Shown one piece after another: positions 15,438-24,629 of a stretch of 32,000 nt of DNA. The stretch covers positions 1 through 32,000 of the forward strand of contig AF083031.2 in NCBI GenBank assembly GCA_000002975.1, written 5' to 3'. The DNA is from Guillardia theta nucleomorph (lineage: Eukaryota > Protista > Cryptophyta). The notes beneath the pieces are model-generated. The model was not told the DNA's origin, made no database searches, and was given only the letters and a program-made list of their open reading frames with translations. A program made the position numbers and the translations under genes. Position 1 is the stretch's first letter; each line of letters starts with the position of its first letter.

Positions 15438-15572
15438 ATAATATGATGATTTTAATAAATGCTGTAATAAATGTTACAGAAACCTTGAATAAAACCTATT
15501 TATTTCATAGAATTACATTTATCAAAAATTCGTTAAACCTTAGAATTATATCTTTGACATTAATATTTGTAG

Positions 15573-16397
15573 TTACAAAACAACCTTTTTTTTCTTCAAA
15601 AGATATAAATGTGAACTAGAATTTATCTGAATTAGGAGAAAAAACTTAGAAATTATTAATTCGTTAATTAAGAAATTATATTCTTTATTTAAAAATAACT
15701 TCTGAAGTCTATTAACTGATAGTTTTTTATATTTTATAGGAGATAAAAAATTTTTATTAAGACAAACTTCTAATTTTGATTCATCAAAGAAATGTATAGC
15801 ATTTTTAACACTGTCGTAATATTGATTAACAAAATTTATTTTAAAAATTATGCTATTCTGAGCAAACATGTTTATACTATGAGCAGTTTTTTGAAACATT
15901 AATAAATTTGATTCTGAATATTTTAGTCCAATTTTTTTAAATTTTATTAATTTATCTCTTTCAATTTGAAAATTTTCATTTAATTTTTTTTTTTGGAACA
16001 ATCGTGAAATTTCTTTATCAATTTTAGAATTTTTTTTAAAATTACTTCTATTGATTGTTAATTTAGAAACACCATGATTATTTATCAAAATATTATCAAT
16101 CGAATTCAATTTTTTTTTAACTTTAATATTTATTTGTTTTTTTTCATTTTCAAACAAATCAATTTTTTTATTCGAAGTTGATTTTAATGATTTAATTTTA
16201 GGTTTTACATAATGAAAATAAAGGTTCGAATCAAATAAAAAATTTAATTGATTATGAATAAAATTTCCATGAAGAAAAAGAATTTTTATAGACAAACTTA
16301 AATAAGCAAGAAAATACAAAATAAATTTATTTCCTAGATTTGAAGCGTTAAAGTACTTTAAGTTTAGAAATATTATTTTATTTTGTTTAATTTTCAT
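15573..16397 (-). CDS. Hypothetical protein, 274 aa, K/N/I/F-rich
   Basis: Long ATG-initiated ORF tiling an AT-rich gap. No motif recognised. Confidence 0.7.
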   Translation of the reverse strand: MKIKQNKIIFLNLKYFNASNLGNKFILYFLAYLSLSIKILFLHGNFIHNQLNFLFDSNLYFHYVKPKIKSLKSTSNKKIDLFENEKKQINIKVKKKLNSIDNILINNHGVSKLTINRSNFKKNSKIDKEISRLFQKKKLNENFQIERDKLIKFKKIGLKYSESNLLMFQKTAHSINMFAQNSIIFKINFVNQYYDSVKNAIHFFDESKLEVCLNKNFLSPIKYKKLSVNRLQKLFLNKEYNFLINELIISKFFLLIQINSSSHLYLLKKKKVVL

Positions 16398-16493
16398 AAC
16401 AAAAGAAATTCTTGTGAAATTTTCAAATACAACAAAAATATATACAAATCAAATTATATATAATTTTTAATATTTTCTATCAAACATATAACT

Positions 16494-17636
16494 TTATTTT
16501 TGTTTGAAAATTCTATGATTACAATCAATTGATTTTATAAAAATAAATTTTCTGGAATTTTCGATAAAATATGTGACCAAATTAGTTTTACCCATGAAAA
16601 TAAGATCTTCAAATGAAAAAAATTGCAATGAAGTTTTTAGTTTAATATTTTTAACAAAAAACTTATCATTAATTACAATATTTTTTTCTTTTTTAGTATT
16701 TTTTAAGATCTGATTATTTGGAATGTAAGAACTAATACATTTTGTTGCTTCTTTTAATGAATTAATTCTATTTTTTAATATTGTTGTAAGTAACGTTGTC
16801 AAGGTTTTATTTGTACTCATATTTAAACTTGAAGTTTCATTATTAGGATTAGAATTTTCAGCTAAATATTTTGATTTTTCTTTTAATATGTAAATTTTTT
16901 TTTTGGAACTTAGATTTCTTTTTTTAAAATTCAAAATTGATTTTGTGAATGCCTTTTTTAAAAATGCTACATTATTTTTATAAATATTTTTATTTTTTTT
17001 CTCATTAAATTTATTAAATCCCCAATGTTTTCTTATAGTTTTTTGAGAATTTGATCTAATATTGGAAGATCGATGTAAAATTAAAACAAAATTTTTAATT
17101 TTATTATGTAAATAATTCATGACCACATCAAAGGCATTGATGGAAAATCCATTTAGTTTATGAAAAAAAAGTGTATTATTAATGATTTTATAGACAATGT
17201 TGATATTAACAAAGTTGAAACCTAAATATTGATTTATTTTTGAAATTAAGTGTTTTTCATTATTATTTTTAGATTTTGAAATTCCTTTTCTTTTGAAAAT
17301 ATCAAAATTTGTTCTTTTCGATAATGTATTGGAAGATGCTTTATTGTTCTTTTTTGATTTAAAATATAAATAATTATCAACATTATGATTATCTTTTAAA
17401 AATCTGAAGCTAGAACCAATTTTCTCTATCAATGTTATATAATTATGAAACTTAAAATAATTTATATTTGATCCAAAACTAGAAAAAGTGTTAAACTGAA
17501 GTTGTGATTTACCTGATAAATAATTTATTCTATAGATTTTATATAAACTGATTGTATTATTTAAATAAGATATATTGTATCTTTGAAAAATCTTAAAAAA
17601 TATTTTTTTAAACCTTCCACTATCATCAATAACCAT
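16494..17636 (-). CDS. Putative TAF4-like histone-fold protein, 380 aa from the first ATG
   Basis: FVNINIVYKIINNTLFFHKLNGFSINAFDVVMNYLHNKIKNFVLILHRSSNIR resembles the TAF4 histone fold. STNKTL and FSFEDLIF resemble the TAF4 C-terminal AANxTA and xxRDLIF motifs. The ORF-track start at 17687 is TTG. Confidence 0.5.
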   Translation of the reverse strand: MVIDDSGRFKKIFFKIFQRYNISYLNNTISLYKIYRINYLSGKSQLQFNTFSSFGSNINYFKFHNYITLIEKIGSSFRFLKDNHNVDNYLYFKSKKNNKASSNTLSKRTNFDIFKRKGISKSKNNNEKHLISKINQYLGFNFVNINIVYKIINNTLFFHKLNGFSINAFDVVMNYLHNKIKNFVLILHRSSNIRSNSQKTIRKHWGFNKFNEKKNKNIYKNNVAFLKKAFTKSILNFKKRNLSSKKKIYILKEKSKYLAENSNPNNETSSLNMSTNKTLTTLLTTILKNRINSLKEATKCISSYIPNNQILKNTKKEKNIVINDKFFVKNIKLKTSLQFFSFEDLIFMGKTNLVTYFIENSRKFIFIKSIDCNHRIFKQK

Positions 17637-17670
17637 AAAAAAGTTAAATATTAATTTAATAAAAGTAATT

Positions 17671-18489
17671 ATGATATTTAATTTCAATAAATATACAGAA
17701 TTAGGTTTCAGGAAAGATGGTAGAAATTCGTCACAAGAAAGATCATCCTTGATGATTATAGGACCAAATGGGAGTTTTATTGATATAACACGAGGAAAAA
17801 ACAGATTTCTAGTTAAAAATGAATTAATTTTATCAAAAAAAAAATGTTTTAATCATTTGCATATAAAGCTAACAGGAAAAATATCATTAGACCTTTGGCA
17901 AGAAAATATCTTAAACATCAAAAAGGAAAATTTCAAAAAAGTAATTGAAAAAACAATTTATATAATATTATATAAACTCAACAAAATAGATAAAATTTCC
18001 GATATTATTTCAAAAGTTTTTCTGCTTAATTTAATTGTTATTAGCTATGATGGAAATATGGATGATTTAATATGGGATATTTGTTTTTTCTGTGTTAAGG
18101 TAATTATTTTTCCTTATTATTTAGATAAATACCCAAAAATTATAATTGATTGGAAAAAAAAGTATTCGATTTCTAATGTTCTAGATATTAGATTAATAAA
18201 ATCATTCACGTACATCCTTTTTAGTAATATAGAAGGAAAGTGTATTCATTTTCTTGATCCTAATTACGAAGAAGAACTAATGGGAAAAAATTTAATAATT
18301 TTAATTCAAAAAGATGACTTTATTTTAAACATTACGTCAGATAAGCAAGACTCATTAAACGATTTAAAATTTTTTAATCTATTAAAGATATCCTTTTTCA
18401 AATTATCTGAAAATTACAATAATATACAAAACCTTAAGGTACAAAAACAAATATACTCCTACTTAAAAGAATTTTTAGTTTATAAATAA
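17671..18489 (+). CDS. Exosome RNase PH-like ring subunit (Rrp45/42/43 class, closest to Rrp45), 272 aa
   Basis: Motifs GFRKDGR, LIVISYDGNMDD and FLDPNYEEE. Confidence 0.8.
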   Translation: MIFNFNKYTELGFRKDGRNSSQERSSLMIIGPNGSFIDITRGKNRFLVKNELILSKKKCFNHLHIKLTGKISLDLWQENILNIKKENFKKVIEKTIYIILYKLNKIDKISDIISKVFLLNLIVISYDGNMDDLIWDICFFCVKVIIFPYYLDKYPKIIIDWKKKYSISNVLDIRLIKSFTYILFSNIEGKCIHFLDPNYEEELMGKNLIILIQKDDFILNITSDKQDSLNDLKFFNLLKISFFKLSENYNNIQNLKVQKQIYSYLKEFLVYK

Positions 18490-18495
18490 ATTGTT

Positions 18496-18744
18496 TCAAA
18501 TTTTTAAATTACAATTATCCAATTTTTCAATTAAATTTACTATTGCATAATCAGATTTACCTTTTTTTCTCATAAGACCTGAAAATGCAAATATATCATA
18601 TTCACCTTTAAATAAATCGTTTTTATCTAAGACCCCAATTGAAATTTGAATTGAAGCATGATCTTTATTATTGATTAGTTTATTACTTAAAGAGCATTTT
18701 CTCGGGATATATTCCCCTACAATTTTTTTGTTGGTAGAATTCAT
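18496..18744 (-). CDS. rps21: 40S ribosomal protein S21 (eS21)
   Basis: YIPRKCSLSNKLINNKDHASIQI and RKKGKSD. Confidence 0.97.
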   Translation of the reverse strand: MNSTNKKIVGEYIPRKCSLSNKLINNKDHASIQISIGVLDKNDLFKGEYDIFAFSGLMRKKGKSDYAIVNLIEKLDNCNLKI

Positions 18745-18801
18745 TTATAAATTTTAATATACAACCTGTCCTATAACTATACAGAAAAATTTTATTATTA
18801 A

Positions 18802-19401
18802 TTATATATTTGAAATCTTAATAATATCCAAATTCAAAGACATACCTGTAAATTTTAAGTAAGTTTCTGTATGTCTTCCAATAATGATGTTATAGATTTT
18901 AATATTGATAAGGAAATTTTGAAAAGATACTTTAATTATAAAATCATAATGTTTAGAATCTTCAATTTCATCAATGGAGTGATTTATATCATCAAACAAA
19001 TTTTTAATTAATAATAAATATGGATCAGCTTCGAAACTAAAATCATATAAAACTAAAGTTTTTAATTTATGCTTAATTTTATCAATATTATATTTTTTTG
19101 AAAGTGAACTATAATCTAAAATTCTAAAAATGAATTTTAAATTTGAATATTTGTTTATAATATTAAGAAAGTATTCATTTTCTTTTTTAATAAAATTAAC
19201 TGAAATAATATTTATTGCGAGATTATGAATTATATACGAATAATCTTTCAAGCTTTTACATAAATTGACTTTTTTTCCATTATTTAAATATATTATAAAA
19301 TCCATAAAATTTTTTAATTTTTTTTTGATTTTCTTTTTATATGAAAAAATAATTTTTTTTTTTTTATTTTTTGAAAATATATCACACATTATATTTTTCA
19401 T
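18802..19401 (-). CDS. Brix-domain ribosome biogenesis protein, Brx1-like, 199 aa
   Basis: LVLYDFSFEADPYLLLIKNLF resembles Brx1 LLSFDPAFDELPHYALLKELL. LKFTGMSLNLDIIKI resembles LVEIGPRFVLNLIKI. Confidence 0.7.
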   Translation of the reverse strand: MKNIMCDIFSKNKKKKIIFSYKKKIKKKLKNFMDFIIYLNNGKKVNLCKSLKDYSYIIHNLAINIISVNFIKKENEYFLNIINKYSNLKFIFRILDYSSLSKKYNIDKIKHKLKTLVLYDFSFEADPYLLLIKNLFDDINHSIDEIEDSKHYDFIIKVSFQNFLINIKIYNIIIGRHTETYLKFTGMSLNLDIIKISNI

Positions 19402-19466
19402 CTCAATAAATAGTTATAATAATAAATTTTACAAATTATTAAAATTAAATAAAATATATTTTAAGT

Positions 19467-19763
19467 ATGGTTCTGAACTTTAATAATAATGTTAGAAATT
19501 TGAAATGTGTTTTCCTTGGATACAAAAGAAGTATAAGAAATCAAAAAATGGATAAAGCTCGAATGAAAATAAATTGTCAAAAAAATATTGAAATACATAA
19601 ACAATTTCTAGGAAAAAAGTTAAAAATTTGTAATGTCAATTCTCGAAAAAAAAACGTTGGAAAAATAATTGCGTTACATGGTAGATCGAATGTTTTCATA
19701 GCTAAATTCAAAAAACCTCTAAGTCCAAATTTAGTTAATTCTGAATTTTATATTCAAATATAA
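19467..19763 (+). CDS. rpl35A: 60S ribosomal protein L35A (eL33)
   Basis: VFLGYKRSIRNQ, FLGKK and GKIIALHGRSNVFIAKFKKPL. Confidence 0.93.
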   Translation: MVLNFNNNVRNLKCVFLGYKRSIRNQKMDKARMKINCQKNIEIHKQFLGKKLKICNVNSRKKNVGKIIALHGRSNVFIAKFKKPLSPNLVNSEFYIQI

Positions 19764-19796
19764 GCATAATCACTATTACGGATTAATCTAATTATG

Positions 19797-20010
19797 TTAT
19801 TTTTTATTTATTTTCAAACTTAATGATGCTTTTTTTTTTTTAAATTTTAACCTTCTGAATGCTCTTCCAGTAGGCTTCTTCTTTGTTTCTTTCTTATCGA
19901 CTTTAGGAGTTTGACCTTTTACCTTACCAGCTCTTGCAAGAGAACCGTGAACTTTTCCTGATATACATTAATTGGTTGATTTATAAATTTTTATAATTGA
20001 ACTTACCCAT
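19797..20010 (-). CDS. rps30: 40S ribosomal protein S30 (eS30), 54 aa; exons 20007-20010 and 19797-19957
   Basis: Not in the ORF track. The spliced product reads [40 protein letters not shown]... Confidence 0.97.
19958..20006 (-). other. 49-nt spliceosomal intron of rps30
   Basis: GTAAGT...TATCAG. Removal joins ATGG to GAAAAGTT and restores MGKV. Confidence 0.95.
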
Positions 20011-20093
20011 TTAATAAATTTTAATTTAATTAAATGACTATAATTATATAATTAAATAAATTTAATAATTTAAACATTAGTTTCTATAAGTTT

Positions 20094-21065
20094 ATGAACA
20101 TCTATGAACATTGTACAAATGTAATAAATATTTATTTTGAAGAATTTGGTAATAAAAATGCACGAAATATCTTATATATCAACAAAGAAATAATAAATAT
20201 TATTTTTCTAACTTTCGAAATAAAAAAATATATCAAAAAAAACTTTTCAATATCAACGTATCTCTATATAAATTTTAATATATCAGAGAAATTGTTGAGG
20301 AATTCTTACAAAAATAATAATCATAAAAGAAAAATTTTATATAACCTAAAAATATTAGAAAAATTTTTCCTGATTTTATATATTAATAAATCAAAACTAA
20401 TCATTTTAATAAAATTTTATTTTCTAACTTTTTTAAAGAAATTGAAATTACAAATATTTACATTCTCGTTTAAATTAATTTTATACTCAATTTATGTTAA
20501 ATTTGTTTTAATTGTTTATATTTATTTTATCTTTAAAATAGAAAAAAATAATTTAAAATTATACAATTATGATACTGTAAAAAATCTTTTTTTAAAACCC
20601 ATCTACTTATTATGTTTTGAAATGGAGCGACAAAAACTTTGTTTTTCTTTAAAAAAAATAAATTGTAAATTAAAATTCAAAAATATATTTTGCAACGATA
20701 ATTCATTTGATAATAATTGCATATTGAGCCTAAAAATAAAAGATTATGTCAATTTAAAATTATTTAAATATAGTTTTTCATTGATTAAAAAATCAAATAA
20801 ATTTATTCTAAAAAATGATTTTAAAAGGAAAATTTTATATGTAAAAAATTTAATGATACACTGTTTATCTCTAACTGAGCTAATAAAATCAATTAGATTA
20901 TTTAAGAAATTTAAATTTTTGTATATAGTTTGCTATCTTTATTTTTTACAAGATTTTTTCAGAAATGAAATTAAATCTATAATCGGATTATTTTATTCAA
21001 ACGATTTTTTTAATAACTATTCATTGATAAAATATAATTTCAACAAGTATTTACTTTATCTCTAA
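20094..21065 (+). CDS. Hypothetical protein, 323 aa
   Basis: Long ORF in a very AT-rich context. No motif recognised. Confidence 0.7.
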   Translation: MNIYEHCTNVINIYFEEFGNKNARNILYINKEIINIIFLTFEIKKYIKKNFSISTYLYINFNISEKLLRNSYKNNNHKRKILYNLKILEKFFLILYINKSKLIILIKFYFLTFLKKLKLQIFTFSFKLILYSIYVKFVLIVYIYFIFKIEKNNLKLYNYDTVKNLFLKPIYLLCFEMERQKLCFSLKKINCKLKFKNIFCNDNSFDNNCILSLKIKDYVNLKLFKYSFSLIKKSNKFILKNDFKRKILYVKNLMIHCLSLTELIKSIRLFKKFKFLYIVCYLYFLQDFFRNEIKSIIGLFYSNDFFNNYSLIKYNFNKYLLYL

Positions 21066-21070
21066 TTTAA

Positions 21071-21914
21071 TCAATTAGACTTTGATTTATAGGAGAAGTT
21101 CAAATTATTTTTGCAAATAATTGAATTTTCAACAAGTACAATACAATTAAATCTTTTTTTGAAAATAAATAAAGAGCTTTTTTTTTTTTTTGATTCGTGT
21201 TTTCTTTCAATTAGAATGTTATTTTTGCAGAAAAAAAATTTTTTATTATAGTTAAATCGATAATATTTTACATCAATTAATTTGTCTTTATGTAGTACTT
21301 TTATAAATCTTTTTTGATCTCGGAATGAGTATGCATAGTAATTTCTAAACAAATTAAAAACAATTTGAATTTGAATTGTTTGGAATATAAACTCAAGATA
21401 TTCAAAAATTCTCAAATTAAGACAAAACTTAGTAATTGATTTAATTTTTATTGAAACAAATCTTGAAAATATACATTCGTTTATTTGAGATATCGATTCA
21501 GTTGTTATTATAAAGTGAATTTTTTTTTTACAAATCTCTAAAAGTTCACGTAGTTTAAGTTGCCTTGAATTTGAAAAATAGTGAAAGTTGTAAATAATTA
21601 TCAATATTTTATCTAACGAACTAACATAAGAAATTATATCATATAATTCTTTATAAAAGTAAAAAAAATGCTCTAGATTGTAGTCTTTAGCATTAAAAAA
21701 AAATCTTTTTTGAAAATATTTAGATATAGTTTTGATAATAAAGTTCTTAAACGTTATAATATTATTTTTTTTTTTAATTGAAACAATTGTTTTAGAAAAT
21801 TTTTCATTTTTGATAACCGTTAAAACTTACAAATTATATAAAAAAAGTTTGATAAAAGAAAGAATGAAAATACTTACCATTATATAGATCTAATTCATTA
21901 GTTACATAATACAT
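21071..21914 (-). CDS. Divergent replication factor C small-subunit-like protein, 263 aa; exons 21878-21914 and 21071-21825
   Basis: The frame is open up to 21826 with no ATG. Splicing gives MYYVTNELDLYNVLTVIKNEKF... The segment KILIIYNFHYFSNSRQLKLRELLE..HFIITTESISQINECIFSRF aligns with RFC KIIILDEADxMTxxAQxALRRxME..RFxLxCNxxxKIIEPIQSRC. Confidence 0.75.
21826..21877 (-). other. 52-nt spliceosomal intron
   Basis: GTAAGTAT...TTTGTAAG, phase 1. Removal gives a single 792-nt reading frame. Confidence 0.85.
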
Positions 21915-21948
21915 TTGAACTATGCAAAATAGGTTTTTAATTAAATGA

Positions 21949-23154
21949 TTAAAAGTATATATAAATTCCAGTTCTAACAAATGATTTAATATTAATTGAT
22001 AAGAATTTACATTTTAAATTTTTCCAATATTTTAAACCAGTTATATTACCCAATTTTCCTTGTTTAAAAAGTTTCTTTCTTTTAAAATTGGCTTCATTAA
22101 TCAGATTGCTTCTAACTGAATCCATTTTCATTTTTCTCCATTCTAGTTGTCTGTATAACACCCTTAAAAAACTAGGTTTTTTTGTAGATAAGATACCACA
22201 CAAAGTTTTTTTGTCTTTTACTAATTGCAAAGGAAGAAGAAAGCTTATGATTTCAGGATCAGGATTTGAAATGGGATTTTGAACACTAGCAAAACTTAGG
22301 TTTTGTATTGAAATTCTACAACTTTCAGGTAAAGGAGAAGATTTATACCAAGGATGTTTTTTTATTTTATCAATGGTTATTCTCTTTTGAGGATTTATTG
22401 TCAATAGGGCTCTTATCAAATCTCTACAATCAGGATGTATTATTCTAGGTATTCTAGGAGGTTCAAATCTAATTTTATTGAATAATTTTCTCATATTATC
22501 ATTTTCTTCATCATAAGGTAATTTTCCTACTACAAGAGCATATAAAATTATACCACATGACCATATGTCAGCCTTAATTCCATTATAAGGTTCATTAGAT
22601 ACAACTTCTGGAGACGCATAGTGAGGTGACCCACAAAAAGTTTTGAGCATAATATTGGGAATACTCAAGGATGCCATTCCAAAATCAGCAATCTTAATCT
22701 GCAGTTTCATATCAAGTAATATATTTTCAAGTTTAAGGTCCCTATGACAAATTCTGTGCTTATGACAATATTCTAAGCCTGAAATAATTTCGTGAAAAAA
22801 TTTTAAAGCTTCTCGGTTCTCCAATTTTCTCTTCTCTACGAGATAATTAAACAATTCTCCTTTGCTTGCATATTCAATAATTAGGAATAAATATTTAGAA
22901 TCTTCAAGAACATCATAAATTTTGATAACATGTGGGTGAAACATTAATTTCATCACAGATATTTCTCTCTGAATTTTTAATCGTAAAGAAGGTTTGTCGT
23001 AAAATAAGTCCTTTTTAATTATTTTAACTCCAACTTTTTCTTTAGTCCTTGAGTGTTTTGCAAGTTTAACTTTACCTGTAGCTCCTACACCAAGTGTTTT
23101 ATCAAGTATATAAGATCCTACAAATCTTATATTGTATTCCATATCTTCCTGCAT
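21949..23154 (-). CDS. AMPK/SNF1-related Ser/Thr kinase of BRSK/SAD/Hsl1 type, 401 aa
   Basis: LGVGATGKV, CHRDLKLEN, DFGMASL and TFCGSPHYASPE, followed by a UBA-like segment (PDPEIISFL...VLYRQL). Confidence 0.93.
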   Translation of the reverse strand: MQEDMEYNIRFVGSYILDKTLGVGATGKVKLAKHSRTKEKVGVKIIKKDLFYDKPSLRLKIQREISVMKLMFHPHVIKIYDVLEDSKYLFLIIEYASKGELFNYLVEKRKLENREALKFFHEIISGLEYCHKHRICHRDLKLENILLDMKLQIKIADFGMASLSIPNIMLKTFCGSPHYASPEVVSNEPYNGIKADIWSCGIILYALVVGKLPYDEENDNMRKLFNKIRFEPPRIPRIIHPDCRDLIRALLTINPQKRITIDKIKKHPWYKSSPLPESCRISIQNLSFASVQNPISNPDPEIISFLLPLQLVKDKKTLCGILSTKKPSFLRVLYRQLEWRKMKMDSVRSNLINEANFKRKKLFKQGKLGNITGLKYWKNLKCKFLSINIKSFVRTGIYIYF

Positions 23155-23167
23155 CTATAAAACTTCA

Positions 23168-23263
23168 AGAGTGTGGAGAGAATTATTCGAACTCCCGACC
23201 ATTCAATCAATATTGATCTGCAGTCAAACGCTCTTTAGTAAGTAACCACTGAGCTACACACTC
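23168..23263 (-). tRNA. trnC: tRNA-Cys(GCA) with three non-canonical inserts (D loop ~10 nt, anticodon stem/variable region ~10 nt, T loop 4 nt)
   Basis: GAGTGTG/CACACTC acceptor, GCTC/GAGC D stem, CT-GCA-GA loop and GGGAG/CTCTC T stem. The gene is 96 nt against an expected ~72. Confidence 0.9.
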
Positions 23264-23271
23264 TAAGTTAA

Positions 23272-23442
23272 ATGAGTCACAAAAATATTTGGAATAAACA
23301 TTCGCGTACTTATGGTAAAGGATCTAGAGGATGCAGAATATGCGGTAACAGATCAGGTTTGATAAGAAAATATGGATTATCTATATGCAGACAATGTTTT
23401 AGAGAAAAATCACAAAATCTAGGTTTTGATAAATACAGATAA
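23272..23442 (+). CDS. rps29: 40S ribosomal protein S29 (uS14), 56 aa
   Basis: Below the ORF-track cutoff. [56 protein letters not shown]. Confidence 0.98.
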   Translation: MSHKNIWNKHSRTYGKGSRGCRICGNRSGLIRKYGLSICRQCFREKSQNLGFDKYR

Positions 23443-23468
23443 TTATTAATAAATAATTTTTATAAGAT

Positions 23469-23780
23469 TTAATGTTCTCCTCTTATAATTTTAGCAAGTT
23501 TTAAATCTTTTGGCATAACCGTAACACGCTTAGCATGAATAGCTGCTAAATTAGCATCTTGTAATAAACCTATAATGTAATCTTCAGAAGCAAATTGAAG
23601 AGCTTCCACCGCAACCTGTTGCCAGTTTAGTGAATGGTGATACTTAAGAGATATTTCTTTCACCAGACGTGCGAATGGTAGTCGATGAATAAGCAAGTCA
23701 GTAGATTTTTGGAATTTTCTGATGTCAACCAAGCTGTTGCTAGATTTTTTAAATCTTTTAAGATTTTGTTTTTTCATCAT
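23469..23780 (-). CDS. cenp-A: Centromeric histone H3 variant (CenH3/CENP-A-like), 103 aa
   Basis: H3 fold without the canonical tail. CenH3-type substitutions at H3 Q68 (A), F84 (W) and T107 (A). Confidence 0.85.
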   Translation of the reverse strand: MMKKQNLKRFKKSSNSLVDIRKFQKSTDLLIHRLPFARLVKEISLKYHHSLNWQQVAVEALQFASEDYIIGLLQDANLAAIHAKRVTVMPKDLKLAKIIRGEH

Positions 23781-23788
23781 AAATGTAT

Positions 23789-23859
23789 ACGCTTATAATC
23801 CAGTGGTAGGATATCAGCCTTCCAAGCTGAGTGCCCGGGTTCGAGTCCCGGTGGGCGTA
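23789..23859 (+). tRNA. trnG: tRNA-Gly(TCC)
   Basis: ACGCTTA/TGGGCGT acceptor, TCAGC-CTTCCAA-GCTGA and CCGGG-TTCGAGT-CCCGG. Confidence 0.96.
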
Positions 23860-24294
23860 TTAGAATTTCATTTTTTTAAAAAACCATAGATTTTTGCCTC
23901 TTAATAGTCTGTCTTGTAAATAATTATTAATAGAAACCAGATTTACTTTAGCTTTTTCATTTGTGTGTTCGTTCAGTTTATTACCTAATTTATTAGTGTA
24001 ATAAGCATCTATCAATGTTTTAAAAACATCATCAGTTTCAATAACATATCTTGTTGGAAAAACATGTTTGATGTTAATTGTTTTAATGAAAGTTTTAAAT
24101 CTTAAATTTGATATAATTTTCCTTTTACTCATATTATATTTTATTTTTTTCATTTCTTTTTTAATTCCCAAAATGATAATTTTTTTTTCACATAAACTTT
24201 CTATGTTTGAGTTTTTTAAAACAAAGGCTTTTTTTCCTGCATATTTACCACTCAGGACTATTACAACTCTGCCAGTTTTGTATATGTTGACCAT
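23860..24294 (-). CDS. rpl27: 60S ribosomal protein L27 (eL27), 144 aa
   Basis: MVNIYKTGRVVIVLSGKYAGKKA, HVFPTRY and GKNLWFFKKMKF. ATG at 24294. Confidence 0.97.
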   Translation of the reverse strand: MVNIYKTGRVVIVLSGKYAGKKAFVLKNSNIESLCEKKIIILGIKKEMKKIKYNMSKRKIISNLRFKTFIKTINIKHVFPTRYVIETDDVFKTLIDAYYTNKLGNKLNEHTNEKAKVNLVSINNYLQDRLLRGKNLWFFKKMKF

Positions 24295-24301
24295 TATAAT
24301 A

Positions 24302-24625
24302 CTATAGCGTGTCACACATAATTATTAAAATTCTTTCTGTTTCGTTAATATTTAACTCAAATATACTTAGAATTATAAAAAAAAAAATATAAATAGTATT
24401 AAAAAGCCACAAATTTAACAAATAATTATTGACTTGATATTTAGTGGAATAAAAAAATTTCAATAGATTTTCAGAAGGATGTGGAATATAATAACCACAA
24501 ACATCTATTAAACCATTAAATTTCATGAAGTATTGTAATAAATTCCCCAAAGTATTACTTTCATTATAAAAAGTTATTTTAGTAACATTATTTACAAATT
24601 TAATTTTTAACTTGACTTTTTTCAT
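24302..24625 (-). CDS. rpc19: RNA polymerase I/III shared subunit AC19 (RPAC2/POLR1D)-like, 107 aa
   Basis: ESNTLGNLLQY..CGYYIPHPSE matches AC19 EDHTLGNxLRY..CGYSIPHPSE better than Rpb11. Confidence 0.85.
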   Translation of the reverse strand: MKKVKLKIKFVNNVTKITFYNESNTLGNLLQYFMKFNGLIDVCGYYIPHPSENLLKFFYSTKYQVNNYLLNLWLFNTIYIFFFIILSIFELNINETERILIIMCDTL

Positions 24626-24629
24626 TATT

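Noticed and set aside
15443-15560. Box C (ATGATGA) right after trnR, suggesting a tRNA-snoRNA dicistron
   Set aside because: No CTGA box D at a suitable distance and no rRNA-complementary guide was recognised.
17671-17687. Apparent head-to-head overlap of two ORFs
   Set aside because: The - strand start at 17687 is TTG. Using ATG 17636 removes the overlap.
21870-21878. ATACTTACC, identical to the U1 snRNA 5' end
   Set aside because: It is the complement of the G|GTAAGTAT splice donor on the - strand. No U1 stem-loops follow.
24295-24315. Overlap of rpl27 with the AC19 gene
   Set aside because: An artefact of the GTG start; the true ATG is at 24294.
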